NCBI GenBank assembly: GCA_965140785.1
Contig: OZ223475.1
Coordinates: forward strand, 235,814-299,813
Length of the DNA stretch: 64,000 bases
Source: an uncultured Ruficoccus sp.
GTDB lineage: Bacteria > Verrucomicrobiota > Verrucomicrobiia > Opitutales > Cerasicoccaceae
Direction of reading: 5' to 3'
Shown here: positions 10,101 through 18,944 of the stretch, piece by piece
Numbering within the stretch: position 1 is the stretch's first letter
Layout: every line of letters starts with the position of its first letter
The notes under the pieces: model-generated
Told to the model about the DNA's origin: nothing
Databases searched by the model: none
The model's input: the letters and a program-made list of their open reading frames with translations, nothing else
Translations under genes and position numbers: made by a program

Positions 10101-10730
10101 GGCGTACTTGCCGCTGATGTCGCCGTCGGCGTCGCGTATCTGCTGCGGGGGCAAGTAGATATTACGCGGGTCAGCGGGGTCCGAGGCATCGACCAGCAGG
10201 AGCGGGACGTCGGTCTCGCTGCGGGTGTTGTTCAAGGGATTGGCTCCCGGTGTACTGACCAGCCAGGCGAGCGCGCCGCCGGGATTGCCGAGACCGTTCT
10301 TGATCGGTGCGGGGTTCTGGTGCGCATCACCGCCGGTGCCATTGTCGGCATCGTCCGGATCGGTGATCCAGACGCCGGTCCAGTAGGGTTCATCCAGGCC
10401 GGTTATGGCCTCGGTCTCGGGAGTGTCGTCCAAGATCCCGGCCCGGGCCGTTACCCGTTGGTCGGGGCCAGCTGTTTGCTGAAGTTCGCCCAGCGCCAGC
10501 ATGGCGCTGAAAAGCGCGAGCTGTCGGGCCTCGGTTTGCTGGGCCGCCACGGAGCCCTGGAGCGTTCCCATCTGCACCAGCGTGGACAGGCTGAGCATCA
10601 ACATGAGAATGAAGACCATCAGCGCCAGGGAGATGATCAGCGCAAAGCCGCTGGTGCGTCGGCTCAGGTGTCGGCGCCCGCGGGGAAGACTCTGCGTCAG
10701 GGAGGAAACGGGATAGGGCAGGAGCGTCAT
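7149..10730 (-). CDS. Large PilX/GspK-like minor pilin protein (Verru_Chthon cassette protein A-like), ~1193 aa
   Basis: Prepilin-type cleavage site RRTSG/FALIISLALMVFILMLML, then ARQLAL..ALGELQQTAGPDQRVTARA and C-terminal AFNVNSTSVDAW...GPFTSMAHFVNR...RSDTFTIRAYGE...ARCELVVQR. Start codon choice is uncertain. Confidence 0.8.
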   Translation of the reverse strand: MTLLPYPVSSLTQSLPRGRRHLSRRTSGFALIISLALMVFILMLMLSLSTLVQMGTLQGSVAAQQTEARQLALFSAMLALGELQQTAGPDQRVTARAGILDDTPETEAITGLDEPYWTGVWITDPDDADNGTGGDAHQNPAPIKNGLGNPGGALAWLVSTPGANPLNNTRSETDVPLLLVDASDPADPRNIYLPPQQIRDADGDISGKYAWWVADDGVKASLAMDNPWARSNESRDAAIAALAATRTAPELIEENDSLYDLSPLQDLGSIHTDASYTQLLERAGGLNQLLLLLQQAGLDSGEGQELIANHFHDLTSLSLGVLADVREGGLKRNLSAAFSNTDDFATLKSEHGNLVFGHRDQAEPYDPRDSDAARGASGSTNKRRDPGGPPWEQLRSFYRLRGDTVSVQPQTNTQMGVGPIVTVIQMHMHLLLLKAPGANQQYIARLMFFPAVVLWNPYNVALPSTDYNLFLTTNSNKIKYNWTPQVEWTDADGTTHTWAPGTIFEGADDSQNRGAFRFNISSAFGPGEAKLFLPGSVQPQNWASGNGSPLVDASAPGFVSGGYFYSELSDRFDPVAIAGVPPKTGLPFVLRLVSDSGTTGISYLHVGLGLDVGNGNLADMISQGPLQDISGFNQSNLGKTSGSSVLSPEWAVSPTAIPSFASDATTPWDALPLAALGGDNYFPILGFTQHFRWVQNLSPVTYPGSPSPTPIVSTLASYNPRAARSDRTPIEQTQDGDTRYNSLYLSWSGNRSDSMGSSQTTMRGSDSEDWGRFYSSLTYTQPTVGFTDDTNSSFITQDTLFDLPGGPEYFQSVGSLMHASLAPPMPRTNSVEDYLVAFSSSGSDWNLNSSYPAFAIGNSLAPLGVPLDERSRHTYKTAKYLSSDPGSLIYDWSYLLNDYLWDRYFFAEYDTNTGAMLNPRLVPLAGATAAQITSYEDAAAALMVNGAFNVNSTSVDAWRALLAGTVGATVNTTAYDTRAPYLQNLDPLLGDADTADEEDAQTYAGFRTLNAAEIDSLAQEIVKQVKKRGPFTSMAHFVNRVIDDADFLSSRENANLVLSADNRERAIGALQAALEASIVNDRYEDDSNSISYNELNMFDQFNRYTGMGSLSYGQPGYLTQGNLLSRLGAALSPRSDTFTIRAYGESVNPLTGSTEATARCELVVQRQPDELTPGSNNRRFVVVSFRWLDNHEI

Positions 10731-10889
10731 GGGACAGGCCGGGCCATTGAGGCGAACACCGCTGGGGCAGTCAGGCATTCGACAGTATAGTATCGGAGCT
10801 TGAGGGATAGGATTAACCACAAGCGGGCAGACCGGAGTCTGCTCGCGCATGCCCCGAATGAGGTAAAAAGGGTAAGGATGAAAACGCTA

Positions 10890-11759
10890 TCAGGAGCGCC
10901 GACGCCAGCGGACGACGGTCGCGAGCAGAGCGATGACTCCCAGCGTCAAGCCCATTTCCTGAGGCTCGGGGATGCTGTCGTAGGTGACTTCTACGTTATT
11001 CAGGTAGATGTCGCCGCTGCTCGCTTTGTAGAAAGCCAGCGTGTCGAAGGTAAAGGTGTCTGCGGGGGTGTTGATATCCGAGAGCACGATGCTGTTCATG
11101 GAGAAAGACAGGTTCAGGGTCGTCGAGTCACTGCGGGTGAACGTAAAGGAAACCGTGTACGGGGTCTCGGCGGTCAGGTTGACGCCAGCGGCGGAATTGG
11201 TCAGGGAGGTCATGCCGTCGGCCAGCAGCTTCGGGCCGGTCCCATTACGTTCGGAGAAGTAGGTGTTACCCGCCGTGTCAGCGCCGAGGTTCGTGTTCAG
11301 GCGGTAGCCACCGTAGTTGTTGAAGAGCTCATTGGTGGAGCCGTAGTCGTCGGCGGTGACTTGATATTCCTCGCCGCCGGAGTTCAGGATGCCGACTCGG
11401 AAGCCATACTGATTGTTCGCTACGGACTCCATCGTGATGTCGAAGCTGACGGTCAGGGATTCGCCGACGTCGAGCGTGGTGGCATCGTAGTAAGTGAGGA
11501 AGCGCGCGGTGCTGTTGATCGCGTTTAGCTGTCCGGTCTGGTTGTTGACATACAGCCCGCCGCTACCGGCAGAGTTGTACCAGCCGGCACGGCTGCCGTT
11601 GCTGAAATCATCCTGGTAAACGATCTCGGTGGCAGCATGGGTGTAGGAGGCGCTCGCGAGGCAGGCGCCGGCGGCCAGCACGCTTAAAAGACGCACGCGA
11701 CGTGCTTGGGTGAAGCGAAGAGATTTAGCCGGGGGAGAAGGGGGTGTGATAAGATTCAT
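10890..11759 (-). CDS. PEP-CTERM sorting domain surface protein
   Basis: Signal peptide; Ser/Thr/Asn-rich beta-type body; C-terminus IPEPQEMGLTLGVIALLATVVRWRRRS. Confidence 0.9.
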   Translation of the reverse strand: MNLITPPSPPAKSLRFTQARRVRLLSVLAAGACLASASYTHAATEIVYQDDFSNGSRAGWYNSAGSGGLYVNNQTGQLNAINSTARFLTYYDATTLDVGESLTVSFDITMESVANNQYGFRVGILNSGGEEYQVTADDYGSTNELFNNYGGYRLNTNLGADTAGNTYFSERNGTGPKLLADGMTSLTNSAAGVNLTAETPYTVSFTFTRSDSTTLNLSFSMNSIVLSDINTPADTFTFDTLAFYKASSGDIYLNNVEVTYDSIPEPQEMGLTLGVIALLATVVRWRRRS

Positions 11760-11915
11760 GGCTTTAAATAGGGCCGAATTATGGAAAAGTGTCAATTTAA
11801 ATACCGTGAAAAATCGCCAAACTATCGCTAAAAATTCGAATATATTTCGATATTACTGGTTTTCAGGGGCCTGTGTAAGCAAAAATTCATATATTACAAA
11901 GAAAGTTCTTGAAAA

Positions 11916-11925
11916 TTAACGTTAA
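11916..11925. promoter_or_regulatory. Putative LacI-family operator TTAACGTTAA in the divergent promoter region
   Basis: Perfect CG-centred palindrome in an AT-rich intergenic region just upstream of the LacI gene; identical copy at 18386-18395. Confidence 0.6.
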
Positions 11926-11943
11926 AAATAAAAGAGTTTGGCC

Positions 11944-12954
11944 ATGGGAATTAACCAACAACAAATTGCCGAGGCATTGAACTTGTCCGTGATGACGGTA
12001 TCGCGTGCTCTGCGCCATCATCCGGACCTGGCAGAGAATACCCGGGAGTTGGTGATGAAGAAGGCCGAGGAGCTGGGCTACCGCAAGCATCTGAAAAAAC
12101 GAGAAGCGAATGCAGAGCGCAAAGCGCCCGAAACCCTACGCCGGATGGGGATCATCCTGTTTGAGGATGAAGCCATGGGACACTTCAATCTATTCAAGTC
12201 CGGCGTGATTCGCAGAATCTTTCTTTCCCTGCAAAAAGGCTGTCAGGAGTTGGGGTTTGAGACGGTGCTGGAGACTCCTTCGGCTGACAAGCCGGGGGAC
12301 GTGCCCCTGTTGGTTAAGAACCGTTCGGTGGATGGTATTTTTCTGCTGGGACGCTATTCGAGTAATATTGTCGAGCGTCTGGAGGGCATCCCCGCTCTGG
12401 CTGTCAGTAACTTCCTCGAATGTGCCGGGCTGCCGCGGGTAGTGGCGGACAATTTCCACGGCATGCGCGAGGCCACCGAGCACCTGATCGGGCTCGGGCA
12501 CCGCCGTATTCTTTTTCTTGGGGACAACCAAGCCCACACGCAGATTTTCCAAGAGCGCTCTTTCGGCTACCTGGCGGCGATGCAGACGAACGGCTACAAG
12601 CCGACGCTTGAGTTTATGGGTAGCCGTCGGGAGGAAGTGCCCGTGCAGAAGATCCTGAAGCATACCGCTGTGGTGTGCAGTAACGATAATCTGGGCTATA
12701 TCGTCAAAGCCCGGCTCAGGGCGGAGGGGCTTAAGCTGCCCGAGGACTGTAGTCTGGTGGCCTTTGACAACATTTCCGCCCTGCATGAATCCGACCCGAT
12801 CACTTCGTATGAGCCGGATTGGGAAATGATGGGACAGATCGCGGCGGACCTGCTGGTCTCCTCTCCTCAGGCGATTATTAATCGAAACGTCGCCGTTACC
12901 GTGCCCGGAAAAATGGTGATGCTGGACTCCACCTGCCCGCCGCCTGCCGAATAG
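11944..12954 (+). CDS. LacI-family transcriptional regulator (locus A)
   Basis: HTH INQQQIAEALNLSVMTVSRAL; periplasmic-binding-like effector domain (GHRRILFLG, SLVAFDN). Confidence 0.9.
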   Translation: MGINQQQIAEALNLSVMTVSRALRHHPDLAENTRELVMKKAEELGYRKHLKKREANAERKAPETLRRMGIILFEDEAMGHFNLFKSGVIRRIFLSLQKGCQELGFETVLETPSADKPGDVPLLVKNRSVDGIFLLGRYSSNIVERLEGIPALAVSNFLECAGLPRVVADNFHGMREATEHLIGLGHRRILFLGDNQAHTQIFQERSFGYLAAMQTNGYKPTLEFMGSRREEVPVQKILKHTAVVCSNDNLGYIVKARLRAEGLKLPEDCSLVAFDNISALHESDPITSYEPDWEMMGQIAADLLVSSPQAIINRNVAVTVPGKMVMLDSTCPPPAE

Positions 12955-13034
12955 GCGCTGGACCTGCCCTCTGGGGCAGCTGTCCGTGGATGGACGCACG
13001 AAGGGTTCGTCTTCAGGGCTTGCCGGTTCGAACT

Positions 13035-14459
13035 CTACATTTTCCCTCGGCGGTCCTCCAGAAGCGTACGGATGTCGGTGAGGCGGTCGCGCGTCAGCGG
13101 ATACAGCGTGATGAGCATGAGGGAGAACAGCCAGATGCCAGCTGGCATGAACAGGAAAATCCATTTCATGCGCGCGAGAACCTCCGGGGGTTGGTGCTGC
13201 AGCATGACGTCGAAGCCCGAAATTTCCAGCATGACTCCGCCCAGGCCCATCGCCAGGGTATTGGCGACTTTTAAGAACCAGGAGTAAAAGGCGTTGATGG
13301 AGCCTTCGCGGCGACGCTGGGTATCCACCTCGTCGTAGTCGGCCACGTCGGCCTTCATCGAGGGGATGAACAGCCAGAAGGCCGACATGCTCCCGGATTG
13401 CAGGACGGCGGGAATCAACTGGAGGTAGGGCAGTTCGGGTACGAGGCAGACCGCGTACAGAAGGTGGCCAGCGATGGCCATGAGCAGGACGCCGACCACG
13501 AGGATTTTCTTGTCGAACCTTTCACTGAGCCAGGTCAATACCGGCAGAGAAAGGATGCCCGCTACCATCATGGTCGTGTAGCGCCAGCCGTCGATAATCG
13601 AGGCGTCGGCCAGATGTCCGTCATTGATGAAGTAGATATTAACGTATTGTCCCAGGCTCGCGACCGAGGCGTTCCCCAGGCTGAGGAAGAAGGAGGCACC
13701 GATCAGCAGCCACAGGGGCTTGCAGTGAAAGGTTTCTTTGATGCTCTTCCAGAAAGGATCTTTGGGCTGTGTGCGGGTCTCTTTCTCATAGTAGCGCTCC
13801 TTGACGAACAATGCCGGCATGAGGCCGAAAATCAGGATCAGGGCGGCCAGGAACCAACTACAGGTACGCATGCCGCTGACGATGTCCGCCTCGCCCGTTT
13901 CGGGGTTGGCGAACCACGGGCCGGACAGGATGGCCATGATCCAGCCGCCGCCCAGCGCCACGATTTTGCCGAAGAAAGACATCCACGCCGTCAAGTGCGT
14001 GCGCTCGTCATAATTAGGGGTCAGCTCCAGTTGCAGGCCATAGTAGGGCATCGACCAGCAAGTAAAGGAGGTGAAGAACAGCCAGCCGACAAAGAGCAGG
14101 TAGAAGAACATCCCCAGCTCGCTCCAGCCCTCCGGCGGCCTCCATAGGAAGGGATAGATCGATGCGGTCAGGATCGCCCCGACAAAGATGAACGGGCGGC
14201 GCCGACCCCAGCGGGTGCGGGCGTTGTCGGAGATGTTGCCCATTACCGGGTCCGAAATCGCATCCCAGCCGCGCAGGATCATCAGGCACAGGCCAAGCAG
14301 CATTGGGCGTATGCCCAGCCCGATATTAAAGTACGGCATCCAGACCATGCTGATCGTGACGCCGGTGGCGAAGTAGTCCATCTTGCCGCCCAGGGCGAAG
14401 GCGATTTTCTGCCAGAAAGGTATGCGATCGGATTCGGGGATGGAGGATAGTCGGGCCAT
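13035..14459 (-). CDS. MFS glycoside-pentoside-hexuronide (GPH) cation symporter
   Basis: WDAISDPVMGNISDNARTRWGRRRPF, ELTPNYDERT, ADVADYDE...RREG; about 12 TM helices. Confidence 0.9.
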   Translation of the reverse strand: MARLSSIPESDRIPFWQKIAFALGGKMDYFATGVTISMVWMPYFNIGLGIRPMLLGLCLMILRGWDAISDPVMGNISDNARTRWGRRRPFIFVGAILTASIYPFLWRPPEGWSELGMFFYLLFVGWLFFTSFTCWSMPYYGLQLELTPNYDERTHLTAWMSFFGKIVALGGGWIMAILSGPWFANPETGEADIVSGMRTCSWFLAALILIFGLMPALFVKERYYEKETRTQPKDPFWKSIKETFHCKPLWLLIGASFFLSLGNASVASLGQYVNIYFINDGHLADASIIDGWRYTTMMVAGILSLPVLTWLSERFDKKILVVGVLLMAIAGHLLYAVCLVPELPYLQLIPAVLQSGSMSAFWLFIPSMKADVADYDEVDTQRRREGSINAFYSWFLKVANTLAMGLGGVMLEISGFDVMLQHQPPEVLARMKWIFLFMPAGIWLFSLMLITLYPLTRDRLTDIRTLLEDRRGKM

Positions 14460-14489
14460 GAGTGAAAGAGGAAGCTGAAGAGTTCGGGT

Positions 14490-15701
14490 TTAACGGCAGC
14501 TGGCCTGGGTCGGGGCGGAGACATGGGCGCCCCAGGGCAGGCCAACTTCGCTCAGCAGGCAGCCCCGGCGGTGGGCTTCGATCATGGACTCGGCCAGGCC
14601 CTTGACCTGGATGAACTCCTCGGATTTTTCGAGTCGGGATTGTATCCACTCTTCCGGTACATCTTCAATCGCCAGTGTGCGGTGTATCCGGTCGATGAAT
14701 TGAGTATGTGCGCGTGCCATTTCCAGGGTGCACACGTTGCTGGGGTGCCCGTGCAGGCACTCACAAATGTGACGCAGCATGACGAGGCGCGTGTCTTCGT
14801 AGGAGGGGAGGGTGGCGTTTTTCTGAGGTTCGCGGGTGTAGGAGAGTGAACTGTCTTCGGTGTCGTTCCAGGTGTAGCATCCGGCGGTTGTTTCGATCAC
14901 AATCTCCGCGTCCATGAAGGTCTCCGCCGAGTGGCTCATGTTGACGGTCAGTTCGGCGCCGTTTCGGAGTGTGGCGCGGGCGGATATTGTATCGAAACTT
15001 TCGATACGCTGTGCACGATAGAGGGCGGATTCGAGCCCGTCGATCTCGGCGGCTGATTCGCGGCGCTCGCCCGCCCAGAAAAGAGCCATCTGGATGAAGT
15101 GGGCCATGGCATTATTGGCCGGCGAGTCCAGGATCGTCATTCCCTCGCTGGTGAGCTTCCCGGCCCAGTCTGTGCGCCTGTAATACTCGGTAGAGCGCGG
15201 CCACAGGGCGCAGACGCGGATGCGCTTGAGGGTGCCGAACTGGCCGGAGAGCAGCAGGTCCTTGATGTCCCAGCACGCGTCGGTGTAGGTCTTTTGAAAG
15301 CCAACAAAGAGATGCTTCCCGCAATCGTCCCTGGCCTGGCGCATGGCCTCGACCTCTTCAAGAGTGGCCGCCGGGGGCTTCTCGACCAGTACGTGCATAC
15401 CTGCCTTGAACGCGGCGACGGTCATGGTGCAGTGCCAGCCGATGCCGGTGGGAATACAGCACAGGTCGATCTGTCCGGCCTCGCATGTGAGCATCTCGGT
15501 GTAGTCGCTGTAGATGCGGCACCCGATGGCGCGCAGGCGTGCGCATTTCTCCGCCTCATCGGCGGCGTTGATGACGGTAGCGGCGCAGAGCTGGACGCAC
15601 CCCTCTTCGGCCAGGGCGAGGAGGGAACGGTAGTAGCAGCCGCCATAGCCGGAAACTCCGATCAGGGCGACGCGAATCGGTTTGTCACTGGGACGGGTCA
15701 C
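14490..15701 (-). CDS. Gfo/Idh/MocA family NAD(P)-dependent oxidoreductase
   Basis: Rossmann IRVALIGVSGYG, HVLVEKP, YYRRTDWAG, DSPANNAMAH; GTG start at 15701 assumed. Confidence 0.85.
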   Translation of the reverse strand: MTRPSDKPIRVALIGVSGYGGCYYRSLLALAEEGCVQLCAATVINAADEAEKCARLRAIGCRIYSDYTEMLTCEAGQIDLCCIPTGIGWHCTMTVAAFKAGMHVLVEKPPAATLEEVEAMRQARDDCGKHLFVGFQKTYTDACWDIKDLLLSGQFGTLKRIRVCALWPRSTEYYRRTDWAGKLTSEGMTILDSPANNAMAHFIQMALFWAGERRESAAEIDGLESALYRAQRIESFDTISARATLRNGAELTVNMSHSAETFMDAEIVIETTAGCYTWNDTEDSSLSYTREPQKNATLPSYEDTRLVMLRHICECLHGHPSNVCTLEMARAHTQFIDRIHRTLAIEDVPEEWIQSRLEKSEEFIQVKGLAESMIEAHRRGCLLSEVGLPWGAHVSAPTQASCR

Positions 15702-15756
15702 GGTTGGTACGGGAAAGTGAAATGAAACAGGTGTCGTTGCACAGGGCCGGGTCGGC

Positions 15757-18242
15757 TTAAGGCTGAGCTGGCACGTCGGCGGGCGTGTCTGCCGGCGGCT
15801 GGAAGCGGTTCGCCAGCTCAGGAACCTCCGACTGCAGGAGGGTGAGTACCCAACGGGCAATGACGACACTGCCGGCAGTCGAGAAGTGTGTGCGGTCTTC
15901 GACCTTCTCGGTCGGGCTGAAGACGAGGCTCTCCTCGGCGGTCATTTCGGAGAATTTATCGTAACTGCACTGATGCAGGTCCAGGCAGGGGACCTGCATC
16001 TCCTCCGCGACGATGCGGACCGACTCGGCATAGGGCTCGAGGCTGTCCGAGAGGGTGCCGTCCGAGTGGTAGGTGCGGCGGCAGACCGGAGTGATCAGGA
16101 TGGGCTGCGCGCCCTGCTCGCGGGCCTCCTGTACGTAGCGCCTCAGGTGGTCGCGGTAGTCGGTTTCTGCTGCGCTCTCACGCTCGGGGCCTTTGCCCTT
16201 CTGGTCGTTGTGTCCGAACTGGATGAGCACCCAGTCCGGATTCAGTTCCATGGCCTTGTCCCAACGGCCCTCGCTGCGAAAGCTGCGCGAGCTGCGGCCG
16301 CCCACGGCGGTGTTCTCAACCCGGATGCCGGGGCCGGTCCAATGCTCAAGCGCCCAGCCCCAACCGGCCTGGTCTTTCTTGTCGCTCTTACCGGTCACGG
16401 TCGAGTCTCCGACCAGGGCGACGAGCGTCTGGCCGGTCTCGCGAACGCCGGCTGTGTTCAGGTCGAAGCGGGGAATCTGTGGCATGGGCTGTCCGTATTG
16501 AAGGGCGCCCGCATCGGGCGTGATGTCGTTGAAGTAACCGGGCTCGCATCCGGGAAGCTCCTCGTCGCTGAGCAGCATGGGGTCCACTCCGCGGTTGCGG
16601 GCGGGACTGTCCACGCGCAGGGCCAAGTCGTAGTGGTCAGGATCGACGAAGCCCGCGGGCCCGTAGCCGACCCAGGTGCTGTTGGTCTCGCGTCCGGCCT
16701 CGGCGGCCTGCGCCATGCTCTGCTGCCAGGCCTCGGCGATCGAGCGTTCGGAGTCGTTGTCCCGTTCATCGTCCCAGGGCCGGGGGAAGTCCGGAGTCGC
16801 GAGGATGAATACATTTCCGTCGGTCTTCCAGTCGGGGAGGGGGAGCGGGTCTGAGGAGTGCACCCAGCGGCGGCACCAGAACAGGTTGTTAAAGTAGTGG
16901 TAGTTGGGCGTGGTCAGCGTCATGGCGAGATGGTGGTAGTTCCTGTTCACGGCCGTGTCGGAGGTGCTGGTGTTGTGGTAGACCCAGACCTCGACATCGG
17001 GGTAAAACTGTTCGCCCTGTCCCCAGTTGCGCAGGGTCCTCCTTACTGTCGAGGAAGATGTTGCGGTAGATATACAGGGGCCCCTGCTGGGGGGCCTTGA
17101 TGCGGAAGGCGCAGCGGGCGCGGATGACAATATTGTCGTGCCACTGGCCATTCACGCTGGGGCCCATCGTCTCCATGCCGTCGTCGTTCAGGTGGCGAAT
17201 GAGATTGTGGTGAACCTTCAGGTCGGGGTTGGCGTCGGGGTGGGTGCCCTCCCAAGGCGGGTTGCCCACGTCGTCGATGCCATCCCAGTGGTCGTGAATG
17301 TAATTGTCGTGAATGTCGTGGCCGCCCTGGGTGTTCTTGATGGCGATGCCGACGCGGTCGTAGAAGCCGCCTACTTTCATGGCCTGCCAGTTGTCCCACG
17401 AGCCGCGGTACCAGGTGTCGGAACCGGCGTAGGGGCTGAGGCTGATGCGGTTAAAGCGCAGCTCGGCGTTCCGGGCTCCATGGTCGAGGACGATCCCGTA
17501 ATCGGCCGGATCGATCACGCACCGCTCAACCATACTGTTGGCCGAGCCCTGAACAAGCACGCCAATGGCAGAGTTGCGCAACGTGAGATTTCGCACCACG
17601 GTGAAGTCCTGGCCGTTGGTGTCCACGACCGGTTCCCGCGGGGCCACGGTCATGGTCATGTTTCGCGGGTCCAACTGGTCCTTGAAGCGTACGAGCAGCT
17701 CCTTCTCGTGTTGACGGTACATGGCCAGCGCCTTGACGCCGTTCCAGCCGGTGGAGCCGACGCCGTTGACAAAAGCGTCCTTCCACAAGATCGCGGGCAT
17801 GCCTTGCTTGGGGGCGGGAGTGTCTGCCGACCCGGTGCGTTTTTCGTCCAGTGTGGTCAGTGTTTGGCCGTTCGCGGTGACTGTGAAGGGGAAGAAGTCC
17901 AGCGGGGCGCGGTAAACGCCCGGCCCGATATCGGGCGCCGGTTCCCAGGCCAAGTCAACGGGTGTGCTGCCGTCAATGATGACGCTGGGTCCGGCACCCT
18001 CCAGGACCACGGGCTGCTCCTCTGTGCCGTTGTGCTGAAATTTAACCCGCTCGCGATACACGCCGGGCTGATCCGGACGGTGTCGCCCGGACCAGCTGCG
18101 TCCAGTGCCGCTTGGATCGACGGGTAGGCTGTGCCGTTGGGAGCTTCGCCGACCAGAGGTCGGCACCGTGTGTCGGGTGAAGGCTGAGTGCCAAGATTGC
18201 GCTAGTCAGGAGGGAAAGGGTATGTTCGCGAAATAAAATCAT
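15757..18242 (-). CDS. Secreted right-handed beta-helix protein fused to an SGNH (rhamnogalacturonan acetylesterase/CE12-like) domain; three single-base frameshifts, ~828 aa when repaired
   Basis: Signal peptide, SIQAALDAAGPGDTVRI.PGVYRE, PbH1-like repeats (HDNYIHDHWDGI, HHNLIRHLNDDGME), then LVGDSTV..GWG, GGRSSRSF, IQFGHND, DRTHFS. Frameshifts near 18153, 18070 and 17035. Confidence 0.8.
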
Positions 18243-18385
18243 TGAGATATTATATTAACGGTATAAAATATAGAGGCAACGATGAGGCGTGACTATGCTT
18301 TTTATGCTTAAATAAATGCCTTGAGCGGCATTCGGGGTAGAAGAAGTGTACTGCCGTCCTAAGAACTTTTGCTGTGTTTTTATTT

Positions 18386-18395
18386 TTAACGTTAA
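18386..18395. promoter_or_regulatory. Second copy of the putative LacI operator TTAACGTTAA
   Basis: About 145 nt upstream of the 18242 start in AT-rich DNA; a variant TTAACGGTAT lies at 18255-18264. Confidence 0.55.
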
Positions 18396-18689
18396 TTAAT
18401 TTGATATTATATCGTTATCTTTTGCAACCTAAAATTGCATGGGTTTCTATTTTTTTTGATAAAAGTTGGATAGGGAATGCTGAATGAATTTACATGTATC
18501 GTCGTCCCGGGCGGGTCAGGAATGGGATTTTGGGTTGACTGAAAACGAGACCGCCTTCGGACTCATTCAAGTCGTTCGGTGGCCCAAAGCGTCCACTCTT
18601 CAAGCTTTTCTCGTCTCAGGACCGCAAAATGGAGTGAGGCGACCACGTTTTTTCGTACCAGCGCAAAGAGATACTGGTGGGAGAGGGTT

Positions 18690-18790
18690 TTGATGTGTTT
18701 GGACTTCAGGTAATCCTTGGTCTCCGCAGTGGTAAACTACGGCCCGTTATTGGAACGGATGTGATTGGTAACACCATGGTAATCAAGCTT
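18690..18790 (-). mobile_element. Small decayed IS3-family orfB fragment
   Basis: Minus strand reads HGVTNHIRSNNGP*FTTAETKDYLKSKHIKTL, a degenerate form of HGxPxxIRSDNGPEF. Confidence 0.6.
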
Positions 18791-18878
18791 TCAGCTTAGA
18801 GCCATTCCGATCTCCGTCTTTGTCGTGCTGCTGCGCAGGCCACGGCGTCAAAGATTAGGGGCTTGACTTATTGGCATT

Positions 18879-18898
18879 TTGCGTAAATGTTTACGCAA
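18879..18898. promoter_or_regulatory. LacI-family operator, locus B copy 1 (TTGCGTAAATGTTTACGCAA)
   Basis: 20-bp near-perfect palindrome just downstream of a -35-like TTGACT (18863); related copies at 23161, 24304 and 25500. Confidence 0.8.
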
Positions 18899-18944
18899 CC
18901 TATTTGGGAGGCGAACCTTAATCGCTAACTAATGCATTGATATT

